A DNA stretch of 64,000 nucleotides from Hydrolagus colliei. Taxonomy: Eukaryota. The stretch covers positions 7,812,001 to 7,876,000 of the forward strand of contig CM068748.1 in NCBI GenBank assembly GCA_035084275.1, given 5' to 3'. The stretch's first letter is position 1, and every line of letters begins with the position of its first letter. The position numbers were made by a program, and so were the translations under genes. This document shows, piece by piece, positions 51,701-64,000 of this stretch. Below the pieces are notes generated by a model. The model did not search any database. It was not told where the DNA came from and saw only the letters and a list, made by a program, of their open reading frames with translations.

Positions 51701-54700
51701 CTAATGCAGAGGAAGTCAGCCACTTTGACTTCTGTGCACTGGCTGACTTCCTGTGCCAAGTGAACAGATAAAGTGGAACGCTGACCTGTGATCGCACATT
51801 TTATTAGCGCGGGTTGGGATTTCATGAACCTCAACTCGCAGGTTATAACTATAGGCCTGCTGTACACTCAGGTTTTTTTTAATAGCTATCTCCAGGGTTA
51901 AGGATATCTGATGATGAATGTCCAGCATCAGTGCTCTGTTCTCTGTGCTCGGCAGCCCCAGCAAACGGCAGTGAAGCCAAATGTATTGTATCTTATGATG
52001 CCTCAGCTGTGCTCAGCTTACTCAGCACAGCTAAGAGAGCCAGGGTAAGGTAGCGTGGATTTATAAAGATGTAATTCAGTCAAATAATTCTGATGGCATC
52101 ATAAACTGCAAAAAGCAAAGCACGGGTAGGTTAGAAAGCTCCGCAGAACGTAGAGATTGAATTACAGATCTTAACTCCATACCCTAGCATCTGTTATTCA
52201 ATATAATATATGCTGACATCAATTTTTTTTAATAGCATTTCTCAATCATTGAGTTACTGTTGCTATGGGGAGTTACCCAGGTCATTAGCTGTTTAATTAC
52301 CCTCTCATCAGTTAAAGCTGAAGCTGGTTGACATCATAAGAGGAGTATAAGTCACCTGCCGTGATATCGTAACTGAAAAATAGCAATCACGTAGTTTGTG
52401 AAAGGTTATGCTGGGTTATTATGTGACAATAGATTGCCGAGGAATTTATTATGCTTTATACACAGTACTTCCACAAAGATTATGCATTTGCTGATGTCTT
52501 TCAGTGTAGCAATAACGACCTCTCAGCCCTCTCCCTGTATTTGCAGAATCTCCAAGAGGTTTTGCTGAACTAGGCAACTACTGACTGTACAATGACCAGC
52601 TCATGTTTTTCTAAGGCCCTGTAGCTAGGCCTTAACTGCATATCAACAATTCCAGATCTAAAACAGTTTTGTAAATTCAGTGCAAGCCAAATCCATTGGA
52701 CCTAACCCTCCACACCCTCCTTTACTCAATATTATCCTCCATGACATTTAGCGAATACATTTTTTTAAAAACTGTAGTGTGCCTGGGAGTGAGTCCCGGC
52801 CACCCAAATGTCACAGAAAGGCAAACATAGAACTACTCCCCTTGTCCTTCACCAGAATCAGAGAAGAACAAAACCTCATCCCAAACAATTTAATAAAACT
52901 CAAAAAATCTACCCAGACCAATAAGTGTTGGTGGACATTCAGCCAGAAAGAGGCACTTTTACACACATTATTGTGTATAGAATTGTCCCTTAATTCACGG
53001 CACTCTGGCAGAGTTCCTTGCAGCCATTGAGTGGATGTATGCTTGGTTATATCCTCCTCCTCTGCTCATAAACTCCAGGTGTACTTGTTCAGAACAGTGA
53101 GAAGGTACATTTCAGAAATATAGCACAAACAGCATCCCTGTTAGTAAACAAACGTTAGACCAACGTCGATTAATAAAAATAGGTGAATGACCGTGCCTGG
53201 AGCTCGGTAGCTATTTAAAATATACCCCCACACACATATACATATATATATATACATACATACACACACACACATGTACTTCATGGCTCTTTGTGGGACT
53301 TTGCTACATGCTAATTTGTTGTTGCATTTGCCTACAAATACACAGTTGCTACACTTTACATTAAATCCTGTAAAGCCCTTGGAGACATTTTGACACTGTG
53401 ATACAGTACTGTACAGTGTTATATCAAACACAAAGATTTTTTAAATTGTAGATCGCCATTATTCTCTCAGTATATGGATATGCATATACTGCAGAATTGT
53501 AACTTCTGTATAAGCTCTAATGTACTAAGACCTGAGAGAACATATTAATTTGATTTTCCAAAAATTGTCCTAGTGTTTGGACAGTAACGCAGTTCAGAAA
53601 TGATTGAGTGCAGTAAATGGACTGGAAAATGTTAACCTTATCTTCTTTAGCAACACATTGCAAAAGTGTTTTTGTGGGTGTCAGCCAGTTAAATATAGTG
53701 TTGATTTTGCACACGTGGGCCAAATGTCATGAGATAAAAAAGCTCAGACTATGAAACTTCTTCAGCTAATATTTAGTTTTGAGTTCCTCGATCATATTCC
53801 ATCAGCATAAACTGTCATCCGGGTTACTGTGTATAAATATAAACAAATCAATATATTCTTGCATTACTTGAAACACTGATGTATTCATAACATTCCAGGA
53901 ATAGCTTTAACAATATAAAATTATAGTTCCTTCATTTCAAGGTTAAATGACCAAATCTTGAACATGTTAAAATTACAAAATATAATTTTTTTTAAGCACT
54001 CCTCCTTCGGCTAAGTGGGGAAATAAACCTCATGTGGTTCTGAGCTATATAGACCAGAAAGGCCTTATTTCAGTTCCTGGTTTGTGCTGAGTTGGCTGGG
54101 GGATGGTTTGTTTCGATTACCTCAGTAATGGCAAACTTGGGGAGAGAAAACTCAACCAGGATTTGGTATCTCTTGATTGATGCTAACATTGCTCATGTAT
54201 AAACGATGAGTAACTGTGCTAGCTGCTAAAGGATTTTTACACATATTTCACATTCTGATGCAGGTAAGTATAAATCAGGTTCTGGATCCAGATCACAATA
54301 CAGTATTGGTGGCAATATTTCCTCAGTATAAAAAAAGGGCATTAGATTTGAGTGATTGATTGAAAAACATAATATCTGAAGCTGTGATTAGTGACCCATC
54401 TGTGTTCTGTCATGTTTTCTCCAGTCCATGGTCGCAAGTTTTCCTTTATACCATAGCAATGCTCTCAGGAAATTAAAAATAGATTGAAAACTAGAAGGAA
54501 ACATTTTGTGAAATGTAAAGCCTTCCGACCTCAGCACAGTTTAGACCATTATTCCCTGTAAACACATCCCTCTGCTTGGTTACCCTGAAGTCAAAGTTAG
54601 AAATAACCGTTCATATAATCCTTAGGAGAGTTTAAGATCGTCCTCTCCGCTTCCTTCTCATCGCAAAACGCTTCAGTGTTGAGATCTTTCCCCCTCCCCC

Positions 54701-54982
54701 CCTAAAAAAACAAGCATACATACACAGCCTCAGGAGACTTGAAGCACACTCCCACACACATACACACAATTTTCTGGCACCAGATAATATGTAGAAAATC
54801 TCAAATTTGAACCGCATTCACTTTTGGACAAGCCACTGCAAACCATGCCTGCCGACAGCAGCATGAACATTTAACCGCCAACAATAATTCAGTGAAAGAA
54901 GAAAGCTGAAAGAAGCAAGAACTTAAGACGCTAAGGAACAAACAGAATTAAATCAACAACAGTGTGTTCTCAGGATAGTAGA

Positions 54983-54998
54983 CTGGGAGTTGTAGTTC
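54983..54998 (-). promoter_or_regulatory. ZNF143/THAP11-type ACTACA-TCCCAG motif
   Basis: Reverse complement GAACTACAACTCCCAG fits ACTACAnnTCCCAG. Second degenerate copy ACTAGTTTCCAGAATG at 55028-55043. Confidence 0.5.
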
Positions 54999-57964
54999 CC
55001 AATGCAGGAAAACTTGCAGAGAAAAAAACTAGTTTCCAGAATGTAATGCAAAAAAAAAACAGTAGTTCTTACAAGTCAATACTTATTTAAAAATTGTTTA
55101 GCTTAAATACTTAATGTTTTAATGATCAATTCATACCGCATTCGTAGGTTTTGCATGTGCAGTCTTGTTAAAGATCATCACTTTGTAAAGAGGGTAATTG
55201 ATAACGGTTGCCTATTGGTGAGGGGGCCATAAAAATATTACTTGTGTCAGTGGCTGAGAAAAGAGGTGAACACGCTCTAATGAATCGAACGGTCAAATTA
55301 TCTTTTGATGGAATCCTATCATAATGGTAATAAAAAAAGCCTTAGGAGTTGCGTGTTGTCCGTCCGTTTTTTTATTGCTCAAGCTGGTATTGATATCTAG
55401 AGAAGTGAGTGGGTTGAATTCTAGCAAACTATGTTTTTAATGAATACAGTCAAACAGCATTATGCAAAGTAGTGAATGAGAATGAGTTGTATTGTCTAGG
55501 TTTTAATATTCTGCTTCACCTCATTGCCAAAACACCCTCTGGTGTACTAAAATACAGAATATAGACAAATCTCCCAATTCAAGATTCCCATTGGATTTTT
55601 AAAAATAAACTTGCTACACGTTCATCCCCCTGGCTTTAAGGCAGTGGGTCTAATACAGAACTGTGAAAGGCTCTTGAGTGAAAGCACATGTCTGTTGACT
55701 CTTTCCCAAATGAATTCTAATTTTATGTGTGCAGAGACCAGTCAAGGATAAAAGTGCACAAAGCACTTAGAACTGTACATGAAGAATATTCCCTCGGGCA
55801 AAGTACCGGAAGGTTGTTGGTGCCCAAAAAGCTGCACCCCAGCATGAGTCAGTGTTTTTGGAAGTGGAGAGAAAAGGGAACAAGATTTGGGGAAGGAATT
55901 GTATTAGCAGTTATTAGCACTATAGAAGCAATTGTTATAGAATACTGGAATGTTTATTAGAGATGTATTAAAGATCCAGCATCATTAAAACACTTTTTGA
56001 ATTAAAAATTCTCTCATAAGTGAGACCAGGAATTGAAATAACAATTGCAGGCAACATGAAAAAGCAGTGATGTTGAAGTTAGATGCTATAGCATCTAAAC
56101 AGGAATAAGAGAGTCACAATAGACTATATTCTCTAAGGCTGAGGAATGAATAAAACGAAATGCCCTTTTCTTTTATTGCAACTCGTTTTATGCTGCTGTT
56201 TCACACTGAATTCAACCCTGTTTTGTTAATGTTGCATTTTAAGTCTCAAGGTAATGAGCGGTTAGGATGAATGGCATGTTGTGTGCTTCACTAATTCTAC
56301 TTTATTAGAACATTAAAATGTATATTCTTTCAAATGGTATAGAAGGAAAAAATGTGTTGATAAGTTTCAAAACTTCCAATCAGTTCAAAGATCCTATATT
56401 GTTTGTAGATATTAAAATGTTTGTTAATATAACTAATCTTAATTGAATCACATAAATATAATAATACAGGTACTGTAAAATTACTGCTGCGTCACCTAGC
56501 TCAGTAGAATACAAAAACGACAACTTGGATTTATATAGTGTCCCTCAGACAGGGTAGCGTCCCTGAGCGCTTTAATATTGTAGGCTCTAATAAAGAGAGT
56601 AAGCTTTCTTGGCAACTCAATATTCTCAAAAGCACCCACAGTCCACCAGATATTGGAGGCTGATTCCTAAATAGTTATGGAAAAAATCCCAAATTACATC
56701 AGTTACATGTAAGTCCTTTATACAATCACTTCAAACGTTTCTACCCACCCAACTAACTCCTCACATGTGCACTTGTAGCTTCTTGATGAAATTTAATAGA
56801 GATACATGAGATTTCTAAATGTATCTTTGACATCGGTTTGTGTCTGACAAAAATCTCCTTGCGCTATCAAGAATGCTATATTTTTGGTTTCCTACACAGC
56901 ATCCACAATGGCCTACTGGATTACCCTTTGCAACATAGAAATCATCGAACAGTTGGTGGAGAGTTAATTCACAGCTTTAGCCCATTTTCATCCCAGAGTC
57001 TTTTTATATTGGTGTAAATCCAGTATCATTTTAAATGTGTTAGGTATAAAAGGCACAATTAAGCTGCACTGGTAGAAGTCCAACATTTCTAATGCTGCCG
57101 GACATAGTGCAATTTGTTTCCAGCAATAGAACAGTTGAGTGCAGAAAAAAGATTTTATATAACCACACCAAATTACATTTATATAGGGTCTTTCACATAA
57201 GAACGACCTCCCAAAGTACTGGGCAGTTGAGGGTTGGCACCAAGTTGGGGGGCGGGCAGGGTGGGGGGCTAGATTTGGAGGTGGGAAGATGACCGAAGGC
57301 ACCATCAAAGATCTTAAGATGAAAATTTGTCTTATAGACTAAAATCCTACTAATTGAGTGCAAAGCAGAAACCTGCACATACGTAGCTCAGTAGACACAG
57401 TTTGTGACGCAGTTTATAGAATCTGCATTTGTTTTTTAAAAAATTATTCAAATGCATTAATATTATTCAATTATTGAATTATAAAATTAGCTCCACCATT
57501 GTGGTGTAAACCAACAGGTTACATATTCCCTTATTCCAAATGGTTCCAAAAGTAAGGAAGTTAAGCACACATTATCCAAACCGTTGAAGAGCAAGCAAGC
57601 TGCAAACCCGTGTAGAAAATGGATTTCCTCCCTTCATTCTGAGGACAATTTTTAGAAATGTACCTTTTAATTATTTCCCCCCTCTCCAGCAGTTGGCTCT
57701 TTTTTTTCCATTCCAATGGGGTTTGTACTTATGGGCATTCTACTACCTTCTCCAGGTGGCCATTATTCAAGGCCTGTTACTATCTCATGATCTATTAGTG
57801 CTGCTTTCACAGCTGCCTTACAATAGTTTAATTTCATCAACCTTAAGAGCCACTTTTGCGGTGCACAAATGCACTCATTCTGCGACTATTCTAATTGCAT
57901 TAAGGTTTGATGGGGTTAAAATGCATATTTAGTAGTGATTATAAATTGCAAGAGCAGTTTTGCA

Positions 57965-58095
57965 CTATGGACTTCCATCCCTTGAGAGCTGAATTGAGAC
58001 GACTCAAGCTCATTTCATTTGTGACCCTCAACAGCTATCATTGCCATGAGCTCGTCATCCCATCTGTCTGAGCTGGATGTGAACCCAGGTCCCAT
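57965..58095 (-). mobile_element. LF-SINE-like remnant just upstream of exon 5
   Basis: Minus strand gacctgggttcacatccagctcag...gctgttgagggtcacaaatgaaatgagcttgagtcgtctcaattcagctc resembles the LF-SINE 5' half (recalled consensus). Confidence 0.5.
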
Positions 58096-58181
58096 TAGTA
58101 AATATTTGATGATGCACAGATGTAATGGTTACGTGATTTAGTCAAATAAATATCGACTTGCACATGTTTTGCTACATTTGA

Positions 58182-58460
<279 letters not shown>

Positions 58461-58848
58461 TAATAGAATGTATATGAATTATTTTTATTGCTGATCACAT
58501 GAAAACTGTAACACTCAGTAAGATTCACATCATGGATAGATTAAAGTTAATGTTATTGCAACGACTCTTACAATATTTATAAATTGCCTATTCAAAATAA
58601 GATTTAATGGTTATGTGATCTGGTTCTAATCCATGGCATAATACAGTTTAACATAAATATGAGAGATTTAGAAGATTTAAGATCTGAAATCAACTGGTTT
58701 GATTGTGGGTTCATGAAATTACCCAGAGATCAAGTTTCTTATCCAATCCATGTCTGTGTTTGGAGCGTAGTACTGTATACCTGCGCATCAATGCAAGAAA
58801 GACTGATAGAATTAAAATCTCATTATCTTTTCTGGTTCATTTGAATAG

Positions 58849-59024
58849 AATCCCCCAAAATTGGATCCTCCGTAGTTGTCCACACCAGTGTTCAGTTTGG
58901 AGCTGAACATATTGATCAAGATAAGAATGTGGTGGAGCCTCTGATCCTTGAACAACTTCAACAACTTCTGCCACAATTATCCAAGTCTACCAGCACTAAG
59001 TGTCAAAAGTGGAGATACTCACAG
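58849..59024 (+). CDS. RNLS: Renalase coding exon 6
   Basis: Acceptor atttgaatag|, donor CAG|gtaacc. Encodes SPKIGSSVVVHTSVQFGAEHIDQDKNVVEPLILEQLQQLLPQLSKSTSTKCQKWRYSQ (human ...TKCQKWRHSQ). 176 nt. Confidence 0.97.
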
Positions 59025-59692
59025 GTAACCCTACTGCACGTCCATAGCATTTTTCGTTACAAACATAGTCGTCAATCACCAAAGATGTTTTTTTAAAGAA
59101 ACATTGAAATAAACCCTTTTCTGGTTTTAACAAAAGATGTTTGTCTAAATAGTACAATACAAATTAAGTATAAAATACTTCTAAAGATTTTAACAATCAC
59201 ACAATAACTCCAAATTGTTATGGGATGCCTCATATCTGGCATACACACTAGATGAATCCCACAGAATAAAATGTTAGAGTTTATTTAGTTAGACAATTGG
59301 AATGTTTGCAGATTTAAATGTAGCCGAATGTTGACCTATATAAAACTTTTCTGAAGTTAAATTCTTTACCATGTTTAAAGTACCTCTTTGTTTGAAATTC
59401 TTTGATACATCCTGAAAGTTTAGTTGCAAGACTATTTAATTTTAACTTTATGTCTCTATTCATTTCAATTTTTAATCATGCTGCCTGACAAACTTTAGGT
59501 ACATACATTTTCCCTGTGTTACTAATGCAGTCCCTTAAATTTAGAATCAGTCAAGCATATTTCGACAACTGAGCAGAAGTAAGGTGTATCCCTCTTGGAA
59601 AGACACACGGAGATGCCTTCCTCCTCCTCCTTAGGACTGATTACAGATCAGCCCTGCCATAGCACCACCTTACAAGCTCTGATACTACACTA

Positions 59693-60458
59693 CAGTAGAA
59701 GCCCGTTTATCCGTGACCGAACAACCGTAACTTCTGTATAACCGGCACCAGAAAAAAAAAAGGTCCACATTCGATAAACCGGACTTTATCCAGAAAAATG
59801 CATTTTTTTGGTGTTTTGTGTTGCGTCAGTATTTTGGAATGCTGCTACTAGGTGCTTGATGGTGGGGCTAGCTTAGAATGCTGCCAGTATTGTAAAGCAA
59901 TGCACTCTCCGGAGTGTACTCTTTGAGAGGCAGAGTGGGGTGAGTTGATTAATTTAGATTTAATTTAGCCGCAAAACACCCACCCACCCTGAACAAAGCT
60001 TGCAGATCAATTCATTGGTTTTTATTTTAATAGAAAAACTCATCCCTGCAATGCTCATTTTACAGAGTGCAGTGTTTCAAGTTAGTGCACACACACAGGC
60101 ATCGCAAGGCTTTTTGGAAAGAAAGTTAACTGAACTGAGCGGCCTCCACTCACTCTCTGCTTTCTCAATAACACGAGCTTTCCTCTCTTTTGCCCCCAGT
60201 GAGAACAGTGTCATTCAGATGTGTAACTTTTGCACTAGTTTAAAGATCTCTCTGAACTGCCTATTTGCTGTGTATAAAATGAGTATAATTATTATTTATA
60301 TATTATTATCATATAAATGATTATTTAGTCTATTATTAATATACTATTTTTTAAAAAATCAAGATTTTTTTGTGTTGGGTTTTCTGCCGAATATCCGACA
60401 GGTGCTTTAACCGGCACTGGCCAGGTCCCGAGGGAGCCGGATAAACGAGCTTCCACTG
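59693..60458. mobile_element. Tigger/pogo-like MITE, long copy (inverted relative to 24781-25075)
   Basis: TIRs CAGTAGAAGCCCGTTTATCC / GGATAAACGAGCTTCCACTG with flanking TA. Both ends align with the short copy; about 470 nt of extra interior. Confidence 0.9.
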
Positions 60459-61133
60459 TATTATATTTCTGGATGGAAAAGCAAAAAATAGGTACCATAG
60501 GTACCCTCCCATCCCCCATTTTACAGCACTGTGAAAGGCAGCTTCTTGGAATGCTAGGCTTTATTCTATTTTTCAGAATTGAATTTGAATTGGAAATCTA
60601 ATGTTTCTTTAATACCTGCATAGAAATTATAGTTTTACACATGATACATTCACTATTGGTCTTTCTTCCACAACATGCAGAACCAACTCTCACACGTGCT
60701 AACTTATTAACATCAGCTTGTCTGAAATAGGGTATAACTATACCAGCTGCATAAGAGGATGTGGAAATGCTCCTTCCCTTACTTTAAAAAATATATATTG
60801 GTGAGTGAGGTTAGGCCCCACTGAACCCCTTTAAAATTAATTAGACCAAAACATGTTCCTCAAGATAATTGTCCTCGCAGGCAACCCTTAAGTTTGTAGA
60901 TACACATTGAATCACAAACAGGGGGTTGACCTTCACAATGCTGCATTTTGCATATGACAATTTGGTGGTTTCAGCGAGAAAGATAGTTAAGGCACCCCTC
61001 ACCGTGAGGAATATCGCACCCGGTTAATGTTATGTTATAAACTGTGAAACGTCAGTTAACTGGGGTCAACTGTATGATATTCATGCATATGTAGGTTTTT
61101 AATATATTTAATATATATATACACTTATTGCAG

Positions 61134-61286
61134 GTAACCCACGGAGTCTTGAACTGCCCAGGCTACATGATGCTTCATATTCAGCCTCTTCTCGTGTGTG
61201 GTGGTGACAGCTTCACATGCTCAAATTATGATGGCTGCGTGGAGTCTGCCTTAACTATTTTGGATGTATTCAAATGTAATTTTTAA
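61134..61286 (+). CDS. RNLS: Renalase coding exon 7 (stop codon)
   Basis: Acceptor cttattgcag|. Encodes VTHGVLNCPGYMMLHIQPLLVCGGDSFTCSNYDGCVESALTILDVFKCNF then TAA at 61284-61286. The seven exons sum to 1032 nt, i.e. 343 aa plus stop. Confidence 0.96.
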   Translation, partial: VTHGVLNCPGYMMLHIQPLLVCGGDSFTCSNYDGCVESALTILDVFKCNF

Positions 61287-62359
61287 AAGGCTGCATTTTA
61301 CTGTAACTCTTAAATGTTTCACTTTGTCTCCGATTACATTCACTGCTATAAAACTCATTGCTCAGAAATGGGAGAGTGCTACTCACTTTATAGATGAAAT
61401 CAATCACCCAAGAGAATTCAGCACATAGATCAGATTTACATGCAAGTTTAAAAATAATGGCAATATGGTATACCTACAGCATTCTAGAGAGACTGTACTG
61501 AATACATTGTATGAAACTGACAACAAATTTATTGCAAACTTATTCAGGCTTGTATTCGGATGTTTTACAAAGTGGAATTATCAGACAAATGTTTCCATGT
61601 CTCATGAGTGGCTTAAAAAGAAAGTGGGAAACTAGAAGCATGTCATCACTCCATCAAATGCGTCATGTGCCATTCATTTGAGTCATTCCTTATCAGGCAC
61701 AAACAAAACATCTCTTTAACTTCTGCTGAATGGTTTATCTGACCTTCTGCTAAATCTGCACAATGTTACTTTTAAAACAAAGCAACAGAATTATTTTGTT
61801 CAATTTTAGCTGTCACGTCGGCTTTGGAAACTCAATTTGTTAAGTTTGCAGACATTTTTGGCCATTGAAATGTAAAATCATCATTACGTCCGGATCCAAT
61901 TTATGATCTTCTGTGGATCTGAGACTTCAGCATCCAATGTACTTTTTATCCATTGTGTGAGGAAAAAAGTAAAACCCAGATTGATTTCAACAATGCTTAT
62001 TTGGACTTTGCACGTGAAACTGGCGTGGTTTACAGTGAAATTGAGTGTATGTCATATTCATTTGCAGTTATCTCTGTCAGGAAATGGAGAGAACATTTAA
62101 AATGTGCTGGCTTCAACACATCCAAAAAGACTGCAGGTTTCATCTGACACATTTTGTTAAAATACTGCTGAGACCTAGTATTTGAATTCTTTTTGGGCAG
62201 CACTTGCCAGCAATGTAAATAGTTCTAGATCTGTACTAGTCATTCACATCTGCTAATGGAGACACATTCAATGAAGCAATTGGTGAACATGAGCCAAGCA
62301 AGACTCCCCTTTTTTATATTAAAGAAAGATACTTTGTACAGGAACAAGTGCCAAGATTA

Positions 62360-62478
62360 TGTTTTGCCCACATACATACTGTATAGTCAATTCACTTTTC
62401 AGTATATTCTGTGAAGCACTGGGACGTCTAGAAGATGTGAAAAGCACTATATCAAATGCAAGGATTATTATTATTATT
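62360..62478 (+). mobile_element. 5'-truncated SINE copy downstream of the RNLS stop codon
   Basis: gtcaattcacttttcagtatattctgtgaagcac...aaatgcaaggattattattatt. Confidence 0.82.
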
Positions 62479-64000
62479 TCCTGTACCATAATTATATGGC
62501 TGAATTGGTCAGCTACTGGTAAGAGGTGAAGATCAAGAACAAAATGGAAACGCTAATGTTGTTTGATTTTATTTATTTTAAAATTTGCACTTTTCTTTCA
62601 CGCATCATTTCATTGTATCTTTCCCCTTCAATGAATTTTACGTTACATTGAGATTTTCCTCTTTCCTGTGATCTTTTATACTTTTTAATATAAACATAAA
62701 GCACTAATCTCTGAATATGCTTCCATTGCCTATATCAATTTTGAGGTATGCATGACTTTAAAGGGCAGATAGGAGTTGTATAATTACAGCAGTTTTTGAG
62801 ATATTTATTCTAGCATAATTCTCAACTTGTATTGCCTGAAATTACAAGCTGTGCTGAATGGGAGGAATCTGGGGTGGTCTTAAGAATCTGCTTCCCTGTT
62901 ATATGGTCAATGTCTCCCAGTGTTATTTGCCGCTTAGAGAATTTGTCTGTGGTTTGTACATTGGTAGCTTTATCAGCCAATGATTAAACAAGCCTATCTC
63001 TCAGGTTTGAAACCACAAAAACCTTATCCACAGACATGTTACTGCCAAAAGAGTCAATCAACTGGTACCTTTCAAAAAGCATTACAAACAAGGAAAAGCT
63101 TGTCAGCAGCACAGATGAGCTGGAATTTCTGAACCTAATAGAAATGAAATATGGAATGATGTCAAAACAGCAGTTTTCAACATGCCTCCAATTTATTGTG
63201 CAACAAGGCAACTTGGCATATTCTACACCAAAAAAAGCAATGGAAACAAAGAGCACAATGTCATGTAGATTTTCTTACCTTAACTAAGAAATTGGGTTAA
63301 GTTCAAACCTTAGCAGTTAATGTATCAAAGAAAAAAGCATAAAAAACTGGTACTAGAGAAACCCTTTCGGAAAGTTTGTGTTACAAAACTTATAAGTATA
63401 CTATTGATATACGATAGTCAGTTTAACATTGATTCAGGAAAATAATTTATGGCATAGTTATTTTAGGATTTATTTTTGAAAATGTTGAAATGTTTCACAT
63501 AGTAGTGGATAAAACCAGCAAACTTGTTACTCTTACTCCAAGAAATTAATATGTAAACTTTGATTAAAAGAATCATTCATCGCTGCATCAAACTAATATG
63601 CGGTGAACGATTAATCAACTCCCAGCCCTTGGCCCTACTGGGCCAGCCAAGTGCAAGTCTATATCGAAGCAGGTTTGAAAAAAAAGATGAAGAGAGCCAA
63701 GAGAGAACTAGAAACGACATAACAGCAGACGGAAAACATAACAAAAAAATGTGTCCGATATTATAACAGAGAGAATGCAATTCAAAAAAATAACAGTGAA
63801 TGGGAGATAATAAATGCACTAACTGATTACATCACACGCCTTCCAAAACTTTGACATTTGAAGACAGAGGTTCCAGTTAGAGTGAAGCAGCTGAAAACTA
63901 GTTAAGTCCCCTGATGGAAACCACCAGAAAGACAATGGAGGAGATCTGTGAATAACTTAACTAGCACCCATCTTGAAAGAGTCATCACCGATCTCAATAC

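Noticed and set aside
63036-63287. 83-aa ORF as a neighbouring gene or alternative last exon
   Set aside because: No similarity I recognise to PTEN or renalase isoform tails, and no clear acceptor.
61287-63814. RNLS poly(A) site (ATTAAA 62318, AATAAA 63809)
   Set aside because: Cannot choose between the candidates without 3'-end data.

Overview
Eukaryotic, AT-rich vertebrate DNA. The repeat complement (CR1 and L2 LINE ends, Deu-type tRNA SINEs, a shark-type Penelope end) points to a cartilaginous fish, possibly a chimaera; this is inference. The window holds one complete protein-coding gene on the + strand: renalase (RNLS), 7 coding exons (7428-7545, 8188-8293, 11461-11606, 14395-14553, 58243-58416, 58849-59024, 61134-61286). 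The CDS is 1032 nt (343 aa), all introns are GT-AG, and intron 4 is 43.7 kb. The supplied ORF track misses most of this gene; apart from exon 3, exon 4 and CR1 pieces its ORFs look spurious. The rest is intron/intergenic sequence with many tRNA-derived SINEs, L2 3' tails, CR1 fragments, two young hAT MITEs with perfect 8-bp TSDs, two Tigger/pogo-like MITEs, ancient SINE remnants, a Penelope end with a hammerhead-ribozyme core, and repeat-free blocks in intron 4 that look like enhancers or an internal promoter. I found no clearly new biological system. The best leads are regulatory or RNA-level and need homology or expression checks. Repeat family names come from recalled consensus sequences, not from a database search.
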